Assembly (NCBI GenBank): GCA_012295275.1
Contig: CM022670.1
Span: 27,528,001 to 27,592,000 of the forward strand
Length of the DNA stretch: 64,000 nt
Origin: Chrysomallon squamiferum
Taxonomy: Eukaryota; Animalia; Mollusca
Reading direction: 5' to 3'
In this document: positions 39,427-52,599 of the stretch, in pieces
Numbering within the stretch: the first letter of the stretch is position 1
Layout of the letters: the number at the start of each line of letters is the position of its first letter
Made by a program: the position numbers and the translations under genes
The notes under the pieces: generated by a model
Seen by the model: only the letters and a program-made list of their open reading frames with translations
The model's database searches: none
Told to the model about the DNA's origin: nothing

Positions 39427-42400
39427 GTTATTATTATTACATCAAAAGTATACACTGAAATCCAAGATAAGTATATGAATATATAAATAACTGATGGACA
39501 ACGTATGTCTTACCTAAATGGCCGGAATGGCTGATCTGCTGCTGCAACAAGCATGTTGTAGGCTTCTTCTGGTGTTTTATTCAAATATAGAGTCTGAAAA
39601 TGGAAAATATTCAACATAGAAGGCTTTAATTTAAGCTCAGGAAATGGCGACTCTTTTTTTTTCCTCTTTATTTAAATATCAGTCAAAATCTGTATTATAT
39701 CCATTACATTTTTCCATTCATAAATTATGATTGAGTAGTCATAAGGTTTGCATTTGTATCAAACGTATATCTGAATACAATTTAAATTATTAACAGAATC
39801 TTAGTTCCAACTAGATATATACTTACAGCATAACAGCCAATCAAGAAGGCCGCATTGGCACGTTTTTTTGCATTATATCTGGTGTAATATACAATTTTTT
39901 TGTTTGCCAATGAGAAGCACTGAAAACAAAAAAATGAACTATTAAGTGTTGTGATTAATAAATTATTTTTATTTTACATTTTTAAAACGAATACCATGAA
40001 CCACATCCTAAATATAAATCTATATTTACCCACAAAAGTAGTAATCATTTACAGCATCAACAGAAATAAAAGAAAGATTATTTTTTGAATGATAGCAAAT
40101 TATCCCTGTGTCAATAAAATTCTGTTATTTCTAATATCAATACAGAATTATTTTTAACATTTAAAGCTGTAAAGAAAATTTCATTACGAAAAACAAGGAG
40201 TATCCCAGTAGTAAAGTAACAAATACATAATTAAGGTTTTAATTTACTTCAAAATTGAAGAAAAGTTATTCATATTCTTTCCTCAAAATTAATTTATGAA
40301 GCCAAATTTTATTAAAAATTTCCATTACAACAGCTTATTACAGTTAGTATAAACCCAGTCTGCATGGAAGCAACAAATTATCAGCACTGATTCACTCAAA
40401 GACTGTGTAAAGATTTGTAATTCTGAGTAAAGATCATGTGATTATCTTGGTTTGTTCTCAAATACGTAAATTCTTACAGACAAATAGCTTTCCAATTTTT
40501 GGCAAAATCGATAAACATGTCCTAAATTGAGAGGCCCAAAGTCTGAGTTGATCCTGAAACAAAGTAATGAAATAATAATAATATGCAAACAATTCAAATA
40601 CAAAAGATGGTAAATCAATATTACTAAATTTGGGATCAAATCTTGTTTAAACATAGAATTTTACAAATCTGATCATTAATCTAATCCTTTGAAAGAAACC
40701 TTTGTTATGCAAATATTCTTGTCAGTGACAGATATACTTCTTTCTTTTATCTTATTATTTACAGTAACTAACAGCATTTAAGAGAAAATGACAATTAACA
40801 CAGTCCAACTCATGTCAAACGATCAAGTTTTATACACAGAACATGCTTCTATTTCAAATATTTATTTAATTTCATCATCAGTTTTTGGATGTAATTGTAG
40901 AAATATTATATAATGTGTGCATTTGAGTCAGATTTTGGGCAAACTGTACAAGAAAAGCTTATCATGTCTTTTTGGTTTCCCATCCTAACAATTAGTCTAG
41001 ATATATTCGCTATGTTTATTTACGGACAATAATCTTTATTTTTAGTTAATAAATAATAATCTATTTTTAACAATAGATCAAAATTCTAAATTAGTCAGTA
41101 ACAAATTAAAGAAAATGCTAATGTAAAAACAAATAAATTTCAATTCGACACATCAATTTAAAATTTGCCTGAAACTAATGTTGAAATAAATATTATCTGG
41201 CTTTATGATATACAATTAAATATTATAATTAAGATTTTATCTGACAATGAAATGCACTTTTTCAAATTCCATCCACAAATCCTTTAAATGATCACTTTCT
41301 ACTTCTAACCAATAACCTGCACTACGCAGAGTGAAAACACTCTACTTTATTTAATCAGATCATAAATTTATATTTACTTGTCGTATTGAAACTCGTCGTC
41401 AGTACTGAAATAATACATTCCTGAGGTTGGCTTTGGCTTCTTCTTTAAGCTTACAAAATACAAATGTCCTGTAAAATATAAGTTATATCTTATATTCTTT
41501 CTCTACCCAGATTCTGAAAAAAGATTTTCAAAAAAAGAAAAGGAAAAGACACTGCACATAATTTGATATAATGTCTGTAGTAATTATAAGTTATTAAAGT
41601 ATTTTAACAGTACATGTTCAAGAATTCTATTTGTTTCTTGTTTTTTAAATACAACTAATCATAAGAGTGAACACAAAAGTAATGGACCTTTAAAGTATCA
41701 GAATGCAGACTTTTATTAAATAATAATTTGTAAAACAATTTATTGTCATTCAGCTTATTTTCAGTCTTATTTAAAGAAGGGGAAAGAACACTTTAAATCA
41801 GTTGCGGAGGAATTTTTTTTTTCCAGACTGTGACTGATTTAAAATCTTTGGTACCAAACTTAGTCTTCAAAAGCATGTTCATTTATCAGACTTTCAATTT
41901 TCATTATTGTTATTATTATTATTATTTTAAATTTTTTGGCCATTTCTATAATTGAAATAATTGTCAATTAGTGTTTTCTTTGTTCAGCAATAACCAGAAA
42001 TGAATGGTGTATTAATTATTGATTAAGCTTTTGAATTCAGACTGACTGTGTTGTTATTACAGTGGCTGGAAAAAAGTCACAGAATGAAGTCACAATTTAG
42101 TATCTACAGGAAAAAAGTCACAAAATGTATTGGTTTGTAGAGTACTGAATGTGGCATCATAGTATGCATGGAGTAATTGTTAAGCTTATTGATTAGGTTA
42201 GATTAAAGATAGGGGTGCAAGGGTAGTGACTTGTTACACTTATTAATTAGGATCAGGCAGGATTAGGATATATTTAAACTGAGGGTTTCCTATTGTAAAT
42301 GATTTATAAAATATCCCAGGTTAAAATGTGTTTCACTCTATAGACTCCAGACTGCTCTTATATCAGAAATATGTTTAATAGGGAAGTTATTCATAGCAAA

Positions 42401-43778
42401 AGGGCGATAACAAAATCTGTTATGAGGGGTTTATATATACCAAACATGCATCTCACAAAACAAAGTTGTGGTGGAAATACGTCAAAAGATCTAGATGCAA
42501 TTGGCAGAATTTCTTCGTGGTATTGGTATCTGCCTAAACCATTAACATTAAAACTGTACAACTCTGACAAAATGTGTTCAATCAATCTTTCATTTCTAAT
42601 ATATTTGTTAATTACAAATTGTGACTTATTTTCCTAGAATCGTTAGTACATGTATGTAGAGAAGTCAACAAGGTCAGATATTTAGTGTGACTGATTTTAC
42701 AACCTCTGTGAAAACAAAGATCTGAGATGGCATCGGTTTACTTCCATGGCTGTCATAAAATGATAAATGGTTTGAAAACACATATGATATTTCATATAGC
42801 TTAACAAAGAACACACAATCATCCAGTCAGCACTGACATTATTAATAGTTTAGTCGCCTTACTCTGAAAACAATGAGTCAACGAAATTATGAAAATTATG
42901 AAAAGTCGGATGTATATTTTTACTCAACATTATAAATTTATATAAAACATTAGCATTTAATGATTTATCTTACGTTAAAAACGTGGACCAAACCAATATA
43001 AACACAAATAATAATTTACTGTCGTTATTAAGGTTAGGTCATCCTTTAAAAATTAAATTAAAGATAAAAAAACAAACATTTAAAAGTGTAAAAAACGGTT
43101 TTTTCTTGTCCAACTCGTCAAGTCGATCAGTTATACCAACGATAACAGAGGCAGCTGTGCTGTCGCGATTAGCGGTGTACATCATGTACTACATGCAAAA
43201 CAAAAATGTTACTTGTAACCAAAACAAGTCTAGTGAACGGCACCGATCTATTTTTGGTAAAATATGTAACTTTTGATTTGCATACGTTTTGTTTATAATA
43301 TAAAAATAAATAAATAAATCAGATACATATACTTTGTTCGAAAAATAGATCGACGGCGCTCACTAGACTTGTTTGGATTGCATGGAACCGTTTTTGCATG
43401 AACACCGGTTATAATAGTAGTATGGCTGGCTGTGTTATCGTAGAAAACAATTATTCACAGTTTTATCACTACACTAGCAGCAATGAAAACAAAAAAAATA
43501 AAATAATAAAAGCTACGTTTCCAAGAGGGTTATCGATTATTTCTTTATTACATTTGTTGTTGTTGTTGTTGTTGTTTTTGTTGTTGTTTTTAAAGAAGAA
43601 GAAAAAAGTGGGGCAATGACTTAATCGTGTGAATGAGTTTTATTTTAATACTTAACTTTGACGTCTTAGTCTTGGCAACGCTTTAAAATTATGTAAATGA
43701 GATCGATTCAGTGATAGTCAATATTGATCGAAATTTACCTGGAATAAATTCACAGGAACTCCCAATTATTTCTGACAT
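30456..43778 (-). CDS. cdc14: CDC14-family dual-specificity protein phosphatase, about 15 exons; apparent +1 frameshift at the active site as assembled
   Basis: Exons 43739-43778, 41378-41468, 40478-40553, 39827-39919, 39514-39593, 38291-38357, 37748-37810, 36973-37063, 34321-34551 ([27 protein letters not shown]), 34082-34221 ([31 protein letters not shown]), 33672-33828 ([10 protein letters not shown]), 33219-33310 ([12 protein letters not shown]). Tentative tail exons 32625-32746, 31845-31974 and 30456-30479. Confidence 0.95.
30574..31280 (+). mobile_element. Decayed Tc1/mariner transposase fragment in the probable last CDC14 intron
   Basis: From about 30682 the + strand reads [44 protein letters not shown], resembling Tc1 GGGSVMVWGGIS...G.LN...Y...L; [11 protein letters not shown] near 30954 resembles the Tc1 C-terminus. 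The segment is absent at the equivalent site (63786) of the other copy. Confidence 0.75.
35456..35543 (-). pseudogene. Decayed duplicate of CDC14 exon 8 (pseudoexon 8b)
   Basis: An 88-nt segment bounded by cag| and |gtatga translates [28 protein letters not shown](G), homologous to exon 8 [30 protein letters not shown](G), with the same 0/1 phases. Confidence 0.9.
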
Positions 43779-44085
43779 CACGACAGTGACGAATTTGTCT
43801 ATACAGCGAAGCTGCGATTTCTATCGTCCGTATTGCTACGCAGGTAGGCTTATTTATTGTCCAGCTTACTGAAGTCTTAAATCTAGATCTTTAGCTGTAG
43901 TAATAATAATGTCTTCCCTTATAAATATTGTGAAATAAACATAAAACTGTCTTGACATCCAGCTTAACCAGATAGAAATAATAAACACTTACACGTGACT
44001 AACATTCACCAATCGCTTACAAGAGCCGTCGCCAGGGACAACTTCTGGATTGATCAATCAACTGTTTGGCGGGGAAAATTGAATA
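43779..44085. promoter_or_regulatory. Putative bidirectional promoter and 5' UTR region between CDC14 and the divergent gene
   Basis: E2F-like tttggcggggaaaa at 44065-44078, CCAAT at 44009-44013, cacgtgac at 43992-43999; locally CpG-richer than the flanks. Confidence 0.45.
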
Positions 44086-44425
44086 GAAACATGCAAAAGA
44101 ATACATGTTAGGATTCGCATTTTAAAGGCTGTAAATTAACTTCAAAGATAATAAACTAAATTTAATTTCCTTTAACTGGTAAATAAACAGATTAGGATTG
44201 GCTAAAGATAATTATATTAATGCTACGTGACCTCACACAGTGAACAGTGTATTAACAAAATATGTTAAAATAATAGTAATAGTAGTAGTAGTAGTAGTAG
44301 TAGCAGTAGCAGTAGTTACTTTCAAAACATTTTGACACAATACACAGGAAAATTTAAACCTATACCTGTATAGAAATATGTTTTTGTTTTTTGTTTCTAT
44401 TGTTTTTATTCTTATTTTATTTATT

Positions 44426-44494
<69 letters not shown>

Positions 44495-46551
44495 TTATTT
44501 TTTTATTATTATTTTTTTAAATTAGATTGCAGCAGCTCATTAGACTCATTTTATTTAGAACAGATCTAGTTACGTGTACACCTGTCAGATCCAAAGCATT
44601 GCTGTCTGTGTCAGAATCTGACATATTTGTGAAGCAAGCTGTTAGTAGTAAAACAAAAAATTGTAGCATAGTTCTTACGGTTGTTTCACTACTTTCCAGT
44701 ATTAGTTGGTCCGCACTTAGTTCTGTAAGGAAACCCAGAACAAACGAAAGGTGAACGTTTGAACGCTAAATTCTGATTATTATTATTATTATTATTATTA
44801 TATACTCTCTCTTCAATCTAGTGGTTGAAATGAAAGTGTATTAAACATTTTTGTATATCTTGATCACATGAAAAAAACTTTGTTATTGGTCATATCTTCT
44901 ATTTGAATATTAATAAATTACATTCGCGTAAAAAAAAAAAAAAAATAATAATAAAGTAAACATAATAATAATAAATACATAAAATGATAAATAACTAATT
45001 AACTTTAGTGACTTTTTCAGAAACCATTAAAATTGATTAACTGATTAAATTATCTCCAGCACTATCAAAACAAAAATTTAAACATTTTGATGTCAAGTAA
45101 ATTAGAAATAATTTTATAATAGAAGTGGTTTATTATCAGCGTTAGTAATTAAGTTCGGAGGTGTATGCGACAAGAATGTCAGTGCTTGCCGTTTGTACTG
45201 GATGTTATCTTATTATTTATTTAAAGAAAAGAATATACTGATCAACCAGAAACTGAAATAAGTTTAGGTAGTTAATTAATTGAGATCCTTATTAAATTTA
45301 AATGATAAATCAGCAAGTTGTGATGAAATATATATGCAGGTGTGGATGGGAATGTGCATATATTTATGTAATGTATAAATACATACACATATACGTATAG
45401 TCTATCAAAGAGATTATATATATATTGTCCCTATTTTTGTGAAATCAATGTATTTTACTTCTTTTTTCTTTTCTTTTATATCTATCTATCTATCTATTAT
45501 TATATATATATATATATATATGTTATGTCTATCCATCTACCTATTCAGTATTTATCAGTATTGAACTAGGATCATTAAAAAAAAAAAGAAAAAAAAAGTT
45601 ACATACATACATACATACATATATATGAGGCCAGAGATATAAATATATATATATATCATTTTAATAAGATTATATAAATAAGTCAAATTTTGATAAATAA
45701 AAAAAAGTATTAATAGAGATATAATTTTGAACATTCTTAATAAAAGTAAAAAGATATTTCCATCTTTATTATACTTTATTATAAAACTTAATCTGTTTAA
45801 CTAATATTTCAGTGTTGTTAAGTGAAGCTAAACAAGTGTCCTTCCAGTGAACCTGCACAGGGAAGTGCTAATAGTAATAGTTTTAGTGTGACAAATCACT
45901 TGCTTGTCACAGTCGGTGTTGGTAGATGATCATAGCATTCAAAATGGTGGTCTTACATCCTGGGGATAAAGGTTAAAGTTTAATAATGCTGTGTGTATAT
46001 GTGTGTGTATGTATGTATTTATGTATGATTCTCTCTCTCTGTCTCTCTGTCTCTCTCTCTCTCTATGTATGTGAGTGTGTTATATTACCCTCAGAAATGT
46101 ATATATGTATAATACCATTTACTTCTAGTATTGGTATGTAGATAAAATATATATACTGATAAAAAACAACTGGTATTGTAAAAATGGCTCTGTTTATCCA
46201 AAATATTGATGATATGTTTTGTTTATTTAAGATGTACATACATACGTACATATATATACATATATATATCGGAATTTGCACCTGTAACAATTTGGGAGGA
46301 CAAATCAAACTTTTCCAGATAGTTTTCACATACGAAGATTGTAATCAAGAGACTCCATTAGTTTTTAGGAAACTGATATTTGTATAGCTTATTTTAAGTC
46401 TTTGACACAAAGATACAAGTGAAACTGGTTGTCTACTCATTATTATCATTATTATAAACTTAATATTACAGAAACTTAATGTTCAGGCAAATTTAATTCA
46501 GAATTTATTCATTTATTCTTTTTATTACAGTCTTAACATTTTTCATCAAAA

Positions 46552-48512
46552 ATGATAAGCCCTGTTGAAAATAATAACTACTCTGAGTCTAATGGAATTT
46601 CCTGTGCTTTGATGAACTGCAAGAAAAGGAAAATGGACTTCACAGAAGATATATCTGAGACTTTCAAAAGTCCATCCTCAGGAACAAGTAGGTTGCTTTT
46701 GAATTTTATGTATTGTTGACCCTCAGTTTCACAGGCAGATATAAAATGCAGAAAAAAATGTGGGAAAACACAAATGTAAACATTAAACTTTGGTACACCT
46801 AAAAGCTATATAATACAGTTATAGACAAAAAATGTATGAACAATATAGTATGAACAATATAGGGACATGAAGACATTGTATATGAATGTCATACTTTATA
46901 AATAAAGAAAAATGAACCATAGGAAAATGTAGGCTGTGTTGGGTGAAGTTAGTTAGGTTAGTGTGGGTGCAGTTGTCAAATTTACTCTTAATAGAAAGTA
47001 GGTTGAGACAGGTTACTGTGACTGTAAAGTGGGACTTGGAATAACTTAATAGTATTTAGTGGAAAGGTTTCAAGACAGAAAGGCACTTAGTTCAAATTTT
47101 GTGAATTTTCCAGTATTTATTTTTATGTCATTGTCTGTGAAGGAATAACAGATTCATAGCTGTTTATTAATAAGAATAACCGTTTTAGACATTTGACACA
47201 TTTCTGAATTCATCATTAATTTTATATACATATACATATTGAACTGGAATTATTAAAATATAGACACTTACGTACCTAGTATAATTATCAATTAATATTA
47301 AAATGTGCAGTTATTGTATTGATTTTGTATCATACATATTTTTTTATAACCTAATTTGTTTTTAAAATTTGTATTTGCATCAGATGAGTAAAAAACATAT
47401 TCCTGAATGGATCTGTTTCTGTTTTAATTGTTTATAGAAATACTGAAAAGTATTAAATGTTGACCAGTATAAAATACAATGCACAAATCAGTAAGTGCTG
47501 TCTACAAATAACATGCCCACTATTAAACTTTTAATAATACATAAATTTCTTTTATTTTCAGACTATCATTTCCTGCCAGTCAGAAAATCTGGTAATATTT
47601 ACCAAACTGAGAACTGGGAAGAATCGGGCACGGCCTTATTTAAACCTCTTGTAGAGGATGTACTCATTAACACGCTCAAACATGACCAGATCTCCTCTAC
47701 AGAAGGTTGCTTTTTCATCGCTGATAACCATGGCAACTACCAACAGAAGATGACAGGTAAAGACAGATATTATTATGGATGTCTCAAAAAGAGTTATGCC
47801 CCTTCAAAAGGATACTATATACCACAGCTTTAAACTGGCATTTGTCAGGTCATGTGTTGATTCAGATTTTTGAGAGTTATTTTAATTTTTAATTTTTTTT
47901 AATATATTAATTTCTCTTCAAAGTTTCAAAAAGAAACAAAAAAACCTAACTTTTAGTTACATGTTACAAAATAGATTTTTATTCATACATATACACTTCA
48001 GAAAGGTACAACTATACTTAGTTACTGAACATTTTTAAAGATTTTTCCTAATTAGAAAAGTTATTAGCCGTTCTTATTACATATTTATTTGTTTTGTGTT
48101 TCAGGTCAAATTATTCATTTCTGGAGATACAACAAACATGAACAAAGAATATACATTGCCAGATCATTTCTCTTCACAAATTCACAGGTCTGAAGTAAAT
48201 TTTAAATAAACAAACATACATTTTTGTAAATTATCACTTGAACAGTTCCAGCAATTATAACTGGATTTGTATAAATACACTTTATTCTTTACTATATTTG
48301 TAATAATTTTATACGTAATTTTTTAACTTTTATTTAATTTATTTTTTCGTTCCAGGAATTTCGTTCTGTACAACAGTTTCTGCAGAGACTTTGACATGAA
48401 GAAAATGATGTTGATAAATGTACATTTTAAACACATGTTTAGAGATGAAGCTTCAGCTTGGTATGATTATATTAAGCAAAAATACAGTCTTCCAAACACG
48501 ATGCATTATTAA
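46552..48512 (+). CDS. Uncharacterised 4-exon protein gene, no recognised domain
   Basis: Polypyrimidine-AG/GT bounded, GC-richer segments 46552-46687 (MISPVENNNYSESNGISCALMNCKKRKMDF...), 47562-47756 or 47562-47848, 48105-48187, and 48356 onward. The 47756 donor gives an intact ~150-aa ORF. Confidence 0.5.
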
Positions 48513-51500
48513 AGCAAGCAATAATTTTAATAAATATTGTTAATGCTCGTTTGTGAGGGATAGAATAACATCTAAATGATACATACCTTTCATGGAATGT
48601 TGAAATATACATTTTATCACTTAAGTAAATTCTTTTTAAATTATTAATTAACCATCTTTTATTAATAACAATAATGATAATAAAGTAAGAAATTGGTGAG
48701 AATGCATGGAAGCTTCATTTTCCAGCTTTCGTGATGTTATTTCATACAAAAAGAAGTTTTTGTTAAAAAATAAAGTAGACGATTGTACAGGCTTTACAAA
48801 AACAGCAATATGTATAAATTACATTAATGAAGCTACATTTTCATTTAGTCTGTGAGGCATTTATTTTTTCATTCTTTAAAAAATAAGAAAATAAATGTTT
48901 CCGTTCATTCTTTGATTGGCATACTTTTATTTTAGGAAAAACGGGCACAAGTAAAAATTAAACTGTTGACTGAAACTAGAAAAAGTAAATGTAAACATAC
49001 CCACAAACACACACATTGATATGATAAAAAGTCTCTCTGTATCACTGAACCTACCAGGAGTGAACATTTTATTGTGATGTATTTGATGATGTGCTGCTTT
49101 AAGAAATGTTTTATCAAGGCTATATCATCATGGATTTTAAAACTGGTATTTATGTTTAGTTTTAAAATGTTTATGTCATTGCACTTTATATTGTCTTTTG
49201 TTTACTTCTTGTTGCTAGATTTACAATATTATTTCATATCATTGAACTAAATATTTATTTAGACACAGCTTGTTTTAATTAGAACAAGCTGCTACTTAAT
49301 TTTCTTTTCTTTTCTTATTATTTTGTTTTTGTTGTATTTATTTCCATTCATGTTTTTACTTACATATCAGTATTTGAAATGAAATATTTTGTGTTTTATT
49401 TCTGTTTATCGTAGTTTCTATTACGATTTGACAAAGCTTCAAGTTCACCCAGTCAAACATCTGAAAAGTGTTTAACTGTTTACATTTGATGAAGGTGCCT
49501 GGGTTTTGGGCTCAAGACAGTGTTAATAAGTTAGAAAACTTACAAAGAAAACATTAACTTGCAATAACAACTCTTCAGCGAATACTGAAAATAAGCAGTC
49601 ACTGTTACTCAGTTTTGAAGGAAAAACGCTGTATAAATATGCATCTAATGACTGCAACAGAAAGGAAATTAAAAATAATTTGTATGCTATAGACGGTTGA
49701 AGGACTTTTGAGTCAAAGATTGAGGAAATTTGCTGAGAATTTTCTGTGATTACCATAGCTTATCATTACAGCAACAAACAGTTGTGATAGTGTGCTATCA
49801 AAATAAAGCTTGTGACATAAAGAATCTGAATATTTGCAGAACTTAGTGCCCCAAAATGTAGTTTAATTACTGATTTAATTACTGACAGGATTATTTATGT
49901 TGTATTTACAAACTTATATGTTTTTATATCATGCACATATATACATGAACAGTATAATTTGTCCATAATCTTCTCAGAAAAAGAAAGACAAAAAAAAGAT
50001 ATATTTAGTTAAGATATAATCTCATAATTTGTGAATGTTCATACTGTATACTGTATTTTAAGGTTTATAATTTCTATGGTTTTACATCAGTTCATGGACA
50101 TGTAACATATCTTAGGTGCATTTTCCACGTGTTTCTGAATATTTAATATCAAAACGTTTCACGTATATCCATATATTTTTCAGTGAAATCGTGAAAAATG
50201 GTTTACTTGTTGTGCATAGTTGAATGACTGAATGATTTATAATTGTTTTCAAGTAGTTTCTATTAAAATATTTTAAGAGAATAAAATTGTTTGTTTTATA
50301 TTTTAGCAATATCAGTGGGTTGATTAACTTTTGTTTTTAATGACTCCATAACACATTTTGTTATTGGATTTATTTCGCTTTCATTTTATTTATTTATTTT
50401 ATGCTCTTTATAATAACAATACATAGGAATTCAACGGTCTGTTCATCAATAAACAATTACTGATGCACTAAACGTTTCCTCCATGAATATGACAGCACAT
50501 ACCATGGCCTTAGATATATCAGCCAACAAGCACTTTTGACCAAAATGTCCGAACTGTGCTCAGAGAAGGATAAAACTAGTGAGCCACAAGCGACTCGTGA
50601 AATATTTTTACAAAGTAGACAGACAAATGTTACAAAGTTCTTTAGCTCTGTTACGCAATAGAAAATCCTGAACTGTAACAATTTAGGCTAATCATGTTTG
50701 AAACCGTATGAAACAAGTAACAACTGTGGTATTAAATCTGTACTTAATATAGAACAGAAATGGTGCCAAGATTCGATCCTAATGAGTAGTATATTTAATA
50801 AATGCATGTTTGTAGGGGTGAAAAAAATGGAAGAAATGTTGAAGCACTTAACATATTCTTAATCATCGCCGGCATACGTGTGGTTAAAAAATATGCAGAT
50901 AAGGAGACAGAAACTACGATGAACTATTCTTTTTCACTCAGCAGCAACATGTATTTTATATCCACCTCCCCGCAGACTGCCCTGTACATACCTAGTCGCA
51001 GGACACTGGCTGGAACAAGATTAATTTTGTGACATGTTTTACGCAAAAGCTATGTTATATACAGAAACATACACCAGCACTTCACACATATGAAATGATT
51101 AAGGTGATGCTTTTTTGGCTTTGTTTCTTTGTTTTATTTGTTTTCTGAGGTTTATCCATTCTGCTTCCTTTTTTTATTTATGAATGAAATGATATTTCTT
51201 TATGAGATTTTCCAAAATGGTTAATTTTCTTCACCTGAGATCAGTGATATTGTTGGTGGTGATACACTATCAATCTTTATTCTTTCATAAGGAACATCGC
51301 CTTCTTTTGTGTATGACACCTGTAAATATAAATTCTCGGAAAGAAATATTAAGTAATATTTCACATTACGCGTTTTCGAGATGAAAGGTATTTTTCCTTT
51401 ACATTTTATGAATAATAGTTACATCGTGGATTCAATACACATCTGTTATTTAGATTTCGACAAAAAAAAAAAATAGGAAGAAGAAGAAGAAAGAAAGAAA

Positions 51501-52030
51501 TAGAATATATATCAAACAATAACACGAAAGAAAACGATATTTTGCAGGGTGAAAATAATAATAATGGTCATAATGTCAAAAAACTGATGATAACAACCGC
51601 CAAAATTGTTTTTTTATTAACAATAATATTGTGAAGTCGTTTACAGATAGCCAGCAAATAACTCACAGTCCCTTACTTTTTTTTTTTTTTTTTACCGAGG
51701 ACAGAAAATTTTAATAATTTTTCGAAACAATACAAAGCATCAACAAATGTAATGCATTAAATGATCAAACACAGAAAAGAGTCAATATAATAATAGAAAA
51801 AAAATTAAAAGAGTAAACATAGACATGGAAATCTGAAACTATTAATCATTAAAATCTGTGCATGGATGATCTATATTAAAGCATTTCGCCCTTAACAAAG
51901 AATTTCAGTAATTTCATAATGTTATGAACATTTCAAAATTTACATAACTTTATTAGCATTTTCAAAAGAACATATACCATTATTCAAAAAACATTCAGTT
52001 GAAATAAAAAACAAGTTGAAATAGAGAGGG

Positions 52031-52035
<5 letters not shown>

Positions 52036-52104
<69 letters not shown>
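52036..52104. repeat. (AG)n microsatellite
   Basis: About 34 perfect AG units. Many (AAT)n tracts also occur, e.g. 9997-10045, 15760-15828, 31178-31238, 39011-39085. Confidence 0.98.
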
Positions 52105-52108
<4 letters not shown>

Positions 52109-52599
52109 ACAGAAACTCGTAATTATTATGTAACTAATTATAATGTACTTAACAAACATTCTATCACTGTCAGAACAGTTTAAACAATTATTGTAAAAAT
52201 AACTTTCACAAAATATTATTTCAATGTTTATCTACCTGTGAGTAGCATTAAAATAATGAAATGTATTTTACAAAATGTATGTTTTATTACATTCAATAGA
52301 TGTCTCTTCACAAGACCACGCAGTGCCTCCCATTTGATTCAAGACGATGTTAGCAGTTTTTGAACTACACAGTCTGTGTTAGCTGTGAAACTGCCCAAGC
52401 TTCCAATTACAGGAGATAATTCAAATGAACAAAAAGCCAAAAAGGATTAGCAAGATCAACATGTACAAAGAACTATAATACCAACAATATTTCTCAGTGT
52501 AAGGTTTGTATCTGCATTAACATTAACGCAATTATTTATATGCATGGTTTAACAGAAGCTAATTTTATATTATTTATTATAAATGACCTGCAAAATCAC

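Larger units (their letters stand above)
36129..50984. repeat. Right arm of the ~14.9-kb inverted duplication
   Basis: Reverse complement of 3808-18715 with scattered substitutions, small indels and microsatellite length differences. Confidence 0.97.

Noticed and set aside
44527-44754. 75-aa ORF conserved in both arms (10068-10295)
   Set aside because: Non-ATG start and no recognisable motif; the conservation only reflects the recent duplication. It could be a UTR exon of the divergent gene.
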